Below are positions 10,536 through 20,890 of a stretch of DNA of 64,000 bases, one piece after another. This stretch comes from Nitrosopumilaceae archaeon (GTDB lineage Archaea > Thermoproteota > Nitrososphaeria > Nitrososphaerales > Nitrosopumilaceae). Position 1 is the first letter of the stretch. Each line of letters opens with the position of its first letter. The stretch is taken from NCBI GenBank assembly GCA_965200155.1, contig CBDATR010000034.1, forward strand, positions 1-64,000, given 5' to 3'. The position numbers and the translations under genes were made by a program. The notes beneath the pieces are model-generated. The model did not search any database and was not told where the DNA came from. It saw only the letters and a program-made list of their open reading frames with translations.

Positions 10536-10817
10536 GACATTACGATAATCCTGTCATATTCCGCAAGATTAGCGGCCACATAAAGGGTGCTGAAAAAGCC
10601 ATGCGCCGTATGTCCGTATTCGTATCATGCATCCAGACATGGAGGGCCCAGAAACTCTCGATAATGGCAGAGGTTGCCGCTAGAACGCAGTTATAGTTTA
10701 ACTCACCATTGCTCCAGAATAATTACGATAATATCTAACTAAAAAAACTTGGATATCTCCTACCAAGCCAAAAACGCGGTTTCTATATTATCATATGATA
10801 AACACCTGAACTCATAC
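10536..10817 (+). mobile_element. Right-end fragment of a divergent IS66 relative
   Basis: Homologous to 10080-10220; ends CTGAACTCATAC. Confidence 0.75.
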
Positions 10818-11752
10818 TATTTCCTGGCCTTTTTGTCTACCATTTGTCTCATGGCCGTGGTATGCGCCGGCGTGGTACCACAACACCCGCCTACCATGCG
10901 TATCTTGTTGGAGATTTCTATGAACTTGTCCAATGACTGAGCCATAGAATCCGGCTTTAGCTTGTATGATGCCACGCCGTCCACATTAATGGGCATGCCT
11001 GCATTGGGTTCCACAAGAACGGGTACCTCGGAGTTCTCTGCAAGCCATCGCACACTCTGCTCCATCTCCTTGGGGCCCGTGGAACAGTTGATGCCAAATG
11101 CGTCAATATCCATACCGCTGGCTGTCACGTATGCTGCCTCGATGGATGTTCCTAGAAGCATGACGTTGCTACCAGCTAGTGTAACATTTACCAGTAGCGG
11201 TATGCTACCATCGGTTACATCAAGTATTCCCTCTATGGCAAGCTTCACTTCAAGTATGTCCTGAGATGTCTCTATCAGAATGGCATCAATACCTCCCTGT
11301 ACCAGGCCAATCGCCTGGGTTTTGTACGCCTCCACTATCTTATCCAGCGGAATCTGGCCTAAATCTGCATCATTGGTGCTGGGTAGGTAGCCGGTAGGTC
11401 CCACGCTGCCTATGGCATAAGCATCTCTTCCGCACTCATCGCACTCGCGCCTGGCAAGTCTTGCGGCAGTGGCATTTATCTCTATACACTGCTTGCCAAA
11501 CCCGTATTCATCAAGCTTTATCCGGTTAGAGCCAAAAGTGTTGGTCTGGACGCAGTCAGCTCCGGCCTTTAGGTAGGCGCGATGTATGGCAGCTATGGCG
11601 TCGGGGCGAGATACGGTCAGGCCGTCATTAAAGCCTGCTCGTCCGTCAGGAAAATCGGCAGCGGTCAGGCCAAGCTCCTGTATCTGGGTACCCATGGCTC
11701 CATCAAACACCAGAATCGGTCCATTATCCAGGTGGTCTGCAAAACTCAACAC
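10817..11752 (-). CDS. Homocysteine S-methyltransferase domain (stand-alone N-terminal module of split B12-dependent methionine synthase)
   Basis: DGAMGT, AGAD..TNTF, GINC and GGCCGT zinc-binding motifs. Confidence 0.92.
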   Translation of the reverse strand: MLSFADHLDNGPILVFDGAMGTQIQELGLTAADFPDGRAGFNDGLTVSRPDAIAAIHRAYLKAGADCVQTNTFGSNRIKLDEYGFGKQCIEINATAARLARRECDECGRDAYAIGSVGPTGYLPSTNDADLGQIPLDKIVEAYKTQAIGLVQGGIDAILIETSQDILEVKLAIEGILDVTDGSIPLLVNVTLAGSNVMLLGTSIEAAYVTASGMDIDAFGINCSTGPKEMEQSVRWLAENSEVPVLVEPNAGMPINVDGVASYKLKPDSMAQSLDKFIEISNKIRMVGGCCGTTPAHTTAMRQMVDKKARK

Positions 11753-11958
11753 TATGGTACATCTCCTATCATATTCATGCGAATAGTTGTTTTAAATATT
11801 ATTTTAAATGTTGGTAATTACACATCTGTCTAAACTTTAACCATAATAAATTAATCATTTTTAGTGAAATATTTCAAGCTTAAAATAATGTCTGGCATAG
11901 CATAGTAAAAATTATCCATGATGCGTCTTGTACTACAATTAAATCCACTGAGATGGGC

Positions 11959-12081
11959 ATAATCGTTTAGGTCACTCCCGATTATGGCCCGTCAGTAATT
12001 GAATACCGGTCCGTGTCACCACAATGACCTTTGCAAGCTCGCGCCCGAACTTGCAATCCTCTGTGCGATCTAAATGTTTAC
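11959..12081. mobile_element. Degenerate GTAACC-family MITE
   Basis: ATAATCGTTTAGGTCAC ... GCGATCTAAATGTTTAC. Confidence 0.6.
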
Positions 12082-12258
12082 AAGATGGATGTATTTGAAA
12101 ACAGGGAAATTTATGTAACGCAGAAAAATCGCGAAAATAATTTCATGTAATGACGGATGATCATTATTGATCATGCTACACTAGTACCGTTTGAGCACGT
12201 AATTATGAACCCCATAATTTGTTCACATTTGGACAATACACAATTAATTCTGGCCGGA

Positions 12259-12633
12259 TTACAATTTATGAAATACTGCCCATCGGTCTGCATCTTGTGT
12301 ACCCAAGGCGTATCCTATGTGGATGCAGTCATATCTTTCACATACAGTACAACGCAATCTATCGTCTTTTAATACCATGTCTACGGCGCGGTCTTGTTCC
12401 TTTTCTATAAGTATAGTGCGTCTATTGTCTGAGTATACGATCTTCATGGGAGTCTTGCCATTTACGTGCGCGTCAATCCTGTATACACAATCTTTTATTC
12501 TGTGTGATACGTATGCCGAAAAGCTACGTATCCCAATTCTTGCTAAATGTTCTTGATCACGTTTATACATGTACACAAACCTGTCGTATACAGTGGCTGC
12601 TACAGTTATACTGGAATATCCGGATTGTGGCAC
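12259..12633 (-). CDS. Small hypothetical protein, possibly a ribbon-helix-helix-like N-terminus plus a SWIM-like CxxC..CxH zinc finger
   Basis: GYSSITV..; CTVCERYDCIH. Confidence 0.6.
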   Translation of the reverse strand: MPQSGYSSITVAATVYDRFVYMYKRDQEHLARIGIRSFSAYVSHRIKDCVYRIDAHVNGKTPMKIVYSDNRRTILIEKEQDRAVDMVLKDDRLRCTVCERYDCIHIGYALGTQDADRWAVFHKL

Positions 12634-12690
12634 CTTATGTCGTTATATTGACCACTTTTTCCTTATAAATCGGTTACCTACTGATTCTAC

Positions 12691-12707
12691 GTAACCGTTT
12701 AGGTCGC
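12691..12707 (+). repeat. Isolated GTAACC-family terminal repeat
   Basis: GTAACCGTTTAGGTCGC; partner end not found. Confidence 0.65.
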
Positions 12708-12902
12708 TCCTGGCAGAGAAGTGATATTAGTGGTCACCGTTTTGGTCGGTCACAGTCCTTCCATTACCGTGTAGTCCATCAGGGCAGGGATCAGTGCTAT
12801 CACTGTGACAGAGCAGCGTAGCATCAGGTGATTGACGACTATTCTGGAACTCAAGCGCAGGGTCGGGGTGATTGTGCAGTAGAATCTGTCATTCCTTTTG
12901 TC

Positions 12903-14365
12903 TAGCGCCCACCATAAGTCTTTGCCAGGTATAGAACCGTACTTATATAGAACCACTACTGGAGTAGAATCGCCAGATGATGGATAACATAATTCGGACA
13001 GTCATTATACCGTTGAAAAATAATAGGGAATTCTCCCCGCGCGCCAAGATATTTGGTCACACCTCCGATTACGTGTGTAACAGGGCGGTGTCCGAGATCA
13101 CGTTGGGCGGTTACTACATACCCGGAACCACTCTTGAATTGAAGCATGATCCGGCCAAGGTCAAGAATAAGAACGAGTCCGCCAAGTCACCATATGACCT
13201 AAAGAAGGGTGATTCATTATACGTGAATCAGCTACCGCGTTCTAGAACGGCTATCAGGGGACGGTTTACCCGTCCAACAAGAATGGTTTGTTCCTGGAAT
13301 TGACAAGTGGCGCCGTGATATTAAATGGGTGCGCGAGTTACTCTCTAACTATGGCCGGGGCGCCATACTACAGGCGTCTATCGCGTGCAGGCGGGCGTAC
13401 GAGGATCATTCTAATTACATACTACACCGGCGTGACAATGACAGAATCATACTATCATGTGTAGGGCCACCAATCCGTCGTGGTGAGTTCGAGTTGGGCC
13501 TGTGCGGTTTTGGTGTGGTGAGAACAACCAAACCAATCGATCGTTCCTTGGACATGCGCTCATTCAAGATAGTGGAACGAGTTGACAAGAGCAGGGAACG
13601 TCAATTTGAGATTCACATCAATATACGGGAGAAGCCACCTACCGACCGGCGTTGTTTGCGGCGTGGATGTCGGCAGGAAACATCTAGCTGTAACAGCTTA
13701 CACGAATGGCAGAACGATGATCCATGACATGAGACATCGTTCCATATTGCGGGAGATTAGCGCACTCCAGAGTATTAGAACGCGAAAGGGTAAGCGCAGG
13801 AAGCGAAAGATTGAGAAACAAATCACTCGACTACGACAAACATAGCGAACGACTCCATGAATAGAGTAGTCCACGCGGTCACCAAAGGTGTGGACAAGGT
13901 AGTACTAGAGGATTTATCGCCGATATCAATGACCAGTCATGGCGGGAACATGAAACGTGGAATAAATAGAACGATGCGCGAGAACCGGGTAGGCGAGTTC
14001 CGCCGGAAAGTAGTACAAAAGTGCGATGCACTGGGGATTGAATTGGTGGCTGTGCCAGCGAGATACACGAGGGGGCGATTTACCCGCCCAACGAGCCAGA
14101 CCTATCACGTGTGTGGACACGTTGACAACAAATCACGATCAACTAGGGACACATTCAATATGTAACCAGGAATTTCACGCCGATATCAACGCGGCGTTTA
14201 GTAACCGGTTTCCCTGTATGGGGCGGCAGAGCGTGTCGTCCGGGGGGTGGGGAACCATTTCCCGCTCAACCGGAGGCGTCAGGGCGGGAATAATGGTGAC
14301 AAGCCAAAGCTATGCACTGTCCAGGAACGAGGTGCCATGTTCTCAAAGACTTATGGTGATCGCTA
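12903..14365 (+). mobile_element. TIR-bounded element containing TnpB
   Basis: 22-bp IR with 2 mismatches: TAGCGCCCACCATAAGTCTTTG / CAAAGACTTATGGTGATCGCTA. Confidence 0.75.
12977..14200 (+). pseudogene. tnpB: TnpB (IS200/IS605/IS607 OrfB-like RNA-guided nuclease), multiply frameshifted
   Basis: RuvC-I VCGVDVGRKHLAV, RuvC-II VVLEDL, PARYT..SQT.HVCG zinc-finger remnant and RuvC-III HADINAA, spread across 4-5 frames. Confidence 0.88.
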
Positions 14366-14639
14366 TATGTGCATCAATCGGGGTAACTTGAACAACTGGA
14401 ATTATGGTTCGGAAGTGGTATGACTGGTGTCCATCCCAAAGCCGTTATCCTGTCATTTCACCATACACATTTACCGGAAAGTGGCTACCGCGATCCTCGT
14501 CCATCCATACCCACGCGAGGTCGTGAAGGCACAGTGATGCCTGTACCGGGTACGGGAAATTATCCCTGAGAATCCGGGGGGCCTGCAGTCTACGTACAAG
14601 CTAACAAACTATAAACAACACGCACAAAAAAGCCATGAC

Positions 14640-15749
14640 ATGTCAGAGCGTATTCGCGTAGGCTTGGTGGGCATAGGAAACTGTTTTGCCGGCCTCATAC
14701 AGGGCATGGAGTACTATCGTCGCAACCCGGATCAAAAAATCATTGGCATAATACATGACACGCTGGCCGGATATGGCATTCATGACATAGACTTTGTCTG
14801 CGGCTTTGATGTAGGCGAGAACAAGGTGGGCCGCACCATAAACGAGGCCATCTACTCTTACCCGAACATGGTGTCCTGGATACCCCCGGAATCAATGCCG
14901 CACACCGCTGCATTGGTCCATGAGAGCCCGGCCCTGGACGGTGTGGGCATATGGGTGGAGAACCGCATAAAGCCCATAAACAGCACAAAGACGCCGGAAC
15001 AGCTGCGAGAGGACATCATTACTACCATTAAGGAGACCGATACTCAGGTAATAGTCTCATACCTGCCTGTGGGCTCCGAGAAGGCTACCCGGTTCTGGGC
15101 CCAGATGTGCCTTGATACCTCTACGGCCTTTGTCAACTGTATTCCCTCCTTTATTGCCTCGGACCCTGGATGGGCCTCCAAGTTCAAGGAAAAGGGCATC
15201 CCAATCATAGGTGATGACATAAAGGGCCAGGTGGGGGCCACTATCGTTCATCGTACGCTGGCACGGCTCTGCAATGATAGGGGCACCAAGATAACCCGTA
15301 CATACCAGATTAACGTTGGCGGCAATACCGATTTTCTGAACATGAAGGAGCAGGACCGATTGGTATCCAAGAAGATATCAAAGACCCAGAGCGTCCAGAG
15401 CCAGCTGGACTCCCCACTGCATGATGACGACATATACGTGGGTCCCTCGGACTTTATACCCTTCCTTGGCAACACAAAGCTAATGTTCATGCGTATCGAG
15501 GGCAGGCAGTGGGCCAACATACCATACAACATGGAGGTACGATTAGAGGTGGACGACAAGGCCAACTCTGCGGGAATAGTGATTGACGCTATACGGTTGG
15601 CCAAGATAGCACTGGACCGGGGACAGGGTGGACCCATAATATCTGCCTCGGCCTATCTCATGAAGCATCCCATAAAACAAATGTCGGATACGGAGGCACG
15701 GGACGCGTGCAACCAATTCGTGCAGGACTGCCCCGTACAAGAATCCTAA
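14640..15749 (+). CDS. ino1: myo-inositol-1-phosphate synthase
   Basis: GIGNC, SYLPVGS, GDDIKGQVGAT, GGNTDFLN, KKISKT. Confidence 0.96.
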   Translation: MSERIRVGLVGIGNCFAGLIQGMEYYRRNPDQKIIGIIHDTLAGYGIHDIDFVCGFDVGENKVGRTINEAIYSYPNMVSWIPPESMPHTAALVHESPALDGVGIWVENRIKPINSTKTPEQLREDIITTIKETDTQVIVSYLPVGSEKATRFWAQMCLDTSTAFVNCIPSFIASDPGWASKFKEKGIPIIGDDIKGQVGATIVHRTLARLCNDRGTKITRTYQINVGGNTDFLNMKEQDRLVSKKISKTQSVQSQLDSPLHDDDIYVGPSDFIPFLGNTKLMFMRIEGRQWANIPYNMEVRLEVDDKANSAGIVIDAIRLAKIALDRGQGGPIISASAYLMKHPIKQMSDTEARDACNQFVQDCPVQES

Positions 15750-15785
15750 TTTATAACACTTTATAGTAAATATAGTGGGGATAAG

Positions 15786-18700
15786 ATGGTTCATATAGAT
15801 AGGGTGGACATATACGGCTTCAAGTCCTTTGATTTCCGGAATACGGCAATAAGGATGGAGCCGGGCCTTGTGTCCATATCCGGCCCCAACGGTTCCGGCA
15901 AGAGTAGTGTACTGGATGCCATCATATTCGCCCTGGGCGAGAAGAGTCCCCGTATACTGCGGGTGGACAAGATACGCTCTGTAATCCATGATATAGACAA
16001 ATATGATACTGACCGCTCCCCCCAAGCTAGGGTTACCGTTCGTATAAGCAACAGGGAGCGCATAATTCCCGTGGACGCGGACAAGATAACAGTAACCAGA
16101 ACGGTAGACCGGAATAATGAGAGCTCGTACTTTTTGAACCAAAAGAAAGTTACGCGCTCCCGCATCCATGACGTTCTAGAGATGGGCAACTCAGGAATAA
16201 GCCAACTCAATATAGTTCAGCAGGGAACAATAACCCGCATATCGGAGTTCACCCCTGACGAGAGGCGGCAGTCCATCGAGGAGTTGCTGGGGCTCTCATA
16301 TTTTGATGAAAAAAAGGCGCAGGCCAACGGGCAGCTGGAGGCCGCGGATCGCCGCCTGGAGATAGCGGTGGCGCGTCTAGACGAAGTACTGAGCCGCATA
16401 GCTACCCTGGAGGGGGAGCGAAATTACATGATGCGGCATTACTCATTACAGCGGGAGCTGGACCGCTACGTAACAATTCAAAAAATGCAAAAACTGGAAC
16501 GGGAGGCGAGCCGCATACATGACATGGAAAAACTACTACGGGACCTGGATCGTGAAATAAAAAGCCGAAATGCCACTCTGGGAACCATACAAAATGACAT
16601 ATCAGACATTGAATCAGCAAAGATACAGCACGACACCATGATAACTGAGAGTAACAGGGCTGCCATGTCGCTGCGAGATGAGCTTGATCGTTCCCAGGCT
16701 CAATACCATGCCGCGGAAAGCGATCTTAAAGTGGCAAAACGGGACAAAACATTAAACGAGAATCGTCTTGGTGACATACGGAAGCGACTACAAGCCATAT
16801 ATGGTGAGCGTCTGAATATACGTCCTGAGCGGGAACGGTTACGCTCTGACATGGCGGCCGCAGAGTTCCGGCGCAACGATGTGGCTGTACAATTCCGTGA
16901 CGTGACACAAAGATACAATGACGCCATGGCCCAGCATAATGAGGTGGAGGCAGCCAGGGCGGACCGTGAGAGGCAGCTGGCCATCCTGAATGACGAAATT
17001 CTGGAACACCGGAATGGTCAATATCGCCTGGATACCGATATCCGGCACATTCGCCAAACCATAACGAAAGGGGAGGACAAACTTTCCCAACTACACGATT
17101 TAATGATTTCCGGCCAGAAAAACCGGGACACTCTTGAAGAATGGCTGGAGCGACATAATGACTCCATGCAATCCCAGAGTACCAAAATTAATGAATTACA
17201 GAAAAAGATAGACTCGCTGGACACGCGAATATCGCAGATAGACTCACTGTGCGACACGGTTGGCCAGGCGCTGTCCAGGTACAACACCAAGCTGGAAATG
17301 GTAAAAAAAGTAATGCACGAGGATTATGCCATAGGGCGGCTGAGACTGGATGCTCCGAATCTGGGCGTTCTGGGACTGGCATCTGAGCTGCTCCACTGGG
17401 AGCCGGAGTATGAGCGTGCGGTAATGGCATCGGCCTCGGATCATTTGCGGGCGCTAGTGGTCCAGGATTCAGAGACAATGGAAGCCATATATCAGGCTGC
17501 CCGCTCCCTGGAACTGCCACGCATAAGAGTGATTCCGATGGATGCCCTTGCTGGTTCTGTGAGTACTGGTAATACACTGGCGGCTCATGTATCCTGCGAG
17601 GAAAGATTCTATCCGCTCCGGTCATTGCTGTTCGGTGGTGTCATGATGGCAAAGTCCAGTCATGACGCCATGACTCTTGCGCAGAATGGGATGCGCGCCG
17701 TCACCATGGATGGTCACTGTATCGGGACCGGACTGCACATAATGGACTGGGGCTCTGATATATCTGATATCACGGGCATGATAGCGTCCCGCTCATATGC
17801 GGAGAGCCTGGAGTCCTCGGTGAAATCGTTACAAGTGATACGAAGGAGACTCCGCTCCAAAGTCATTATAATGCGCGCCAACCATGATGAAATGTCTGGT
17901 AACCTGTCCCGTCTGGGCAGCTCTGTTGCATCGGCCAATGATAATATGAAGCAGCTGAATGCCCGCCTGGAAGGGGCGCGACACCGCCACAACGACACAG
18001 AGTCGGAATTGCAAAAGAGCAGGCAGCGTCTCCCCGTAATACTGGCGGAGCTGGGTAAGACTAATGACATGATAGGGCAGATACAGGGCAAGATTGTTGC
18101 GCTAAAACATTCCATTCCTGCCAATCATGATAATACTATACTACAGAAGGTCTCTCAGGAGAGAGAGTCAGTGGAAAGGCGCCGCACCGAAATTATCTCC
18201 CATTACCAGAATGTGAAAGAGCGGTATAATCAGCATGACAGTAATTCCGTGGATCTAATGCATGAAGCCATGAAACTGGCCAGGGAGCAGCATAGAATAA
18301 TGCAGGAGAATCACGCCCTGTCAGAAAAGATACCGTCCCTGGCAGAGTCATTCCATTCCAGCCGTATAATGGTAGAGGATATCAGGCAAAAGCAGCAAGA
18401 GTCGATGCAGGAGTCCAACTCGTCCCGGGAATACATACAAAAGTGCGACAAGGAGTTGACACGCCTGCGTGCCAGGGAGCGGGAACAGCATAACATATTA
18501 TCCAAGCTGCAAATACGCCAGAATACCATGACTAGGGACATGTCCCAAGCCAGTCTCACTTGTGATAAACTGCAGGCAGATATAGACGCCAGTACTAGCG
18601 TTGTTACCGATGTGGACGTGAACCCGGAGCCCTTCATTGAGTCATTGCAGGCAGAGATTGAATCACTACCTCCATTGAACGGTGGCGCCATTACATCATA

Positions 18701-19292
18701 TAACGAGGTATCTGAGGGATACCGGAAATCGTCAGAGCGCCGGAACATTCTGGAACAGGAGCGCAACAGAATCGTATCACTAATAGATGATGTGGAGAAG
18801 GAGAAGCGCCAGAAATACCTGGACGCCTTTGATATAGTGAACCGCGAGATACAGGACATCTTTGGGCGCATGTCCGGGGCCAACGCATGGCTGGAACTGG
18901 AGAGCGAGGATGACATATTCGAGTCCGGAATCCGGTATATGGTACAGTTCCCCGACAAGCCTCGGCGGGTATCGGTCTCGCTTAGTGGCGGTGAAAAGAC
19001 CCTGGCTGCAGTGGTATTTGTCCTGGCACTGCAAAAGCTGAGGCCCTCTGCATTCTATTTGTTCGATGAGGTGGACGCGCACCTGGACGCGCTTAACTCC
19101 CAGAGACTGGCAAACATACTGCATGAACGCGCCCGTACCGGCCAGTTCATCATTGTATCACTAAAAGAGTTCGTGGTACAAAAGGCCAATCTGGTGTGCG
19201 GCATATACCACAAGAAGGGCGTCTCCAAGGTGGTCTCTTATGATAAGGCCGCCATCGGGAATGACAACATGGAGCTGCCAACACTGCGGTAG
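15786..19292 (+). CDS. smc: Chromosome partition protein SMC
   Basis: GFKSF, GPNGSGKSS, long coiled coils with a hinge, LSGGE, FYLFDEVDAHLD. Confidence 0.96.
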   Translation: MVHIDRVDIYGFKSFDFRNTAIRMEPGLVSISGPNGSGKSSVLDAIIFALGEKSPRILRVDKIRSVIHDIDKYDTDRSPQARVTVRISNRERIIPVDADKITVTRTVDRNNESSYFLNQKKVTRSRIHDVLEMGNSGISQLNIVQQGTITRISEFTPDERRQSIEELLGLSYFDEKKAQANGQLEAADRRLEIAVARLDEVLSRIATLEGERNYMMRHYSLQRELDRYVTIQKMQKLEREASRIHDMEKLLRDLDREIKSRNATLGTIQNDISDIESAKIQHDTMITESNRAAMSLRDELDRSQAQYHAAESDLKVAKRDKTLNENRLGDIRKRLQAIYGERLNIRPERERLRSDMAAAEFRRNDVAVQFRDVTQRYNDAMAQHNEVEAARADRERQLAILNDEILEHRNGQYRLDTDIRHIRQTITKGEDKLSQLHDLMISGQKNRDTLEEWLERHNDSMQSQSTKINELQKKIDSLDTRISQIDSLCDTVGQALSRYNTKLEMVKKVMHEDYAIGRLRLDAPNLGVLGLASELLHWEPEYERAVMASASDHLRALVVQDSETMEAIYQAARSLELPRIRVIPMDALAGSVSTGNTLAAHVSCEERFYPLRSLLFGGVMMAKSSHDAMTLAQNGMRAVTMDGHCIGTGLHIMDWGSDISDITGMIASRSYAESLESSVKSLQVIRRRLRSKVIIMRANHDEMSGNLSRLGSSVASANDNMKQLNARLEGARHRHNDTESELQKSRQRLPVILAELGKTNDMIGQIQGKIVALKHSIPANHDNTILQKVSQERESVERRRTEIISHYQNVKERYNQHDSNSVDLMHEAMKLAREQHRIMQENHALSEKIPSLAESFHSSRIMVEDIRQKQQESMQESNSSREYIQKCDKELTRLRAREREQHNILSKLQIRQNTMTRDMSQASLTCDKLQADIDASTSVVTDVDVNPEPFIESLQAEIESLPPLNGGAITSYNEVSEGYRKSSERRNILEQERNRIVSLIDDVEKEKRQKYLDAFDIVNREIQDIFGRMSGANAWLELESEDDIFESGIRYMVQFPDKPRRVSVSLSGGEKTLAAVVFVLALQKLRPSAFYLFDEVDAHLDALNSQRLANILHERARTGQFIIVSLKEFVVQKANLVCGIYHKKGVSKVVSYDKAAIGNDNMELPTLR

Positions 19293-19365
19293 CTAGAGGG
19301 TAACTGGCCGATTATGATTTTTCATGAAATGCCGGAATAAATTACCGGACTCTTGCCGAATTATA

Positions 19366-20404
19366 TGTCAGTCAATAGTACAAAAAGTAAGTCCGCTTAG
19401 GATCCGGCGTACAGTAGCTGACTATTTCATTGCACAAGCCAGATGGTAAAGAGAATAACAGAGAAATCAAGACAAAAGAGGCGTTGCCACAACCAACATA
19501 GCTCAAGACCTGAAACAAGGCACGTACGAAGATTGTGAACCAGAGAACGGGAACGACTCAAGATGGGCAGGCCCATGATACCAATCACCGCCACCCAGAT
19601 ACGAATGGTAACTGAAGCATACAGCAAGGATCCCGCCGGAGTAGTACGTATTGCAAAGAGGCTTAGACAGAATTACAATATATCGCGCAGTATATCGCAT
19701 AATGAAAAAGAACGGTACGGCAGGATCATCACCTGCAAAGTCAGAGTGGGTACGCTATGAGCGTAAATATTCCAATGCAATGTGGCACTGGCATGTCATG
19801 AAAAGATGAGCGCTTCAAGGGACTGAATCTCATAGATGATGCATCTCTTTACAGGAGAACAGATCCGAGCCATGGTAGAACGGCGCTTCAAGGGACTGAA
19901 TCTCATAGATGATGCATCTAGGTGCATCGTCGGGGCGGCACTATTTGAGCATGCAACCTCAGAGAATGTCGCTCTATTACTGAGACTGGCAATGAAACGA
20001 TTCGGCGCCCCTGCATCTTGGATAACGGCGCGTGTTTCGTAGGACAATAAAAGGGCAAAAAGAACTGGAAACCCACTATTCTAGGAAGAACTGCTGGATC
20101 AAGACATCATACTAATCAATTCCAGGCCATACCACCCGCAGACAAATGTCAAACTGGAGCGCTTCTACAGAACGATTGAGGACGAGGGGACTCTTATTTA
20201 AGAGTCCAACGAGATATGGCATTATGACAGTCTCCGGGATTATGTTGACTACTACAATGAGAGAAGGTTGCACTTCTCACTGGATAGATAACGGCGAAAC
20301 GCCGCTTCAGGAATAAAAAGGCGACCCAAACAATTAGGGCAAATGATGCAAAATGGATGGAGCGAGATACCAATTACTAGCGGACCGACTTTTCATACAT
20401 TACA
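19366..20404 (+). mobile_element. IS481-family element type A, degenerate transposase
   Basis: TGT...ACA ends with ~30-bp imperfect TIR (..GAAAAGT..GTCCGCT). WVRYERKYSNAMWH, DDASR, PYHPQTNVKLERF. Confidence 0.85.
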
Positions 20405-20420
20405 GATAACCCAACCATAC

Positions 20421-20521
20421 GTATGAGTTCACGTCTTTCGGAATCTTGTGCACAAATCACATTAACTAGAACAACCTGTTCCATCAGTTATGCGTAAATT
20501 TAGACACAGGTGAACTCATAC
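20421..20521 (-). mobile_element. IS66-related MITE variant B (101 bp)
   Basis: TIRs; core TAGAACAACCTGTTCC; no TSD. Confidence 0.9.
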
Positions 20522-20522
20522 C

Positions 20523-20852
20523 GAACGCCAGCTTGGGTATGTACCAAAAAATCGCGAACCAGAGAAGGTAGGGTATGACATAGAGAGCCATAATCCCAAG
20601 ATAGGAGAGACACGCTACATTGAGGTCAAGTGCAGGAAAGAGGGAGCACAATACATTACGGTCACCAGGAACGTGATAGAGACATTAGTGAATGAAAGAG
20701 CGAACTCCATTTTGGCCATTGTTGAGTTAAAAAATAATGATAGCCGTGTACGATACATAAGGGAGCCATTCAGCTGGGAGCCGGATCCCGAGGCAATTAG
20801 TGTTGATTATGACATGAAAAAGCTGCTAAAGAGATCTCAGGAGCCCTCATAG
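20523..20852 (+). pseudogene. C-terminal DUF3883/NO VEIN-like nuclease domain, 5' part deleted at the MITE (absent from the ORF track)
   Basis: My translation: ERQLGYVP..GYDIESH..RYIEVK..ITVTRN..RYIREPF..*. Confidence 0.75.
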
Positions 20853-20890
20853 TGTTTGGGCACAATACTTGGAAGAGCTACGGTTATACA

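Noticed and set aside
11959-12677. GTAACC composite carrying the 124-aa gene
   Set aside because: The putative right end is too degenerate and there is no matching TSD.
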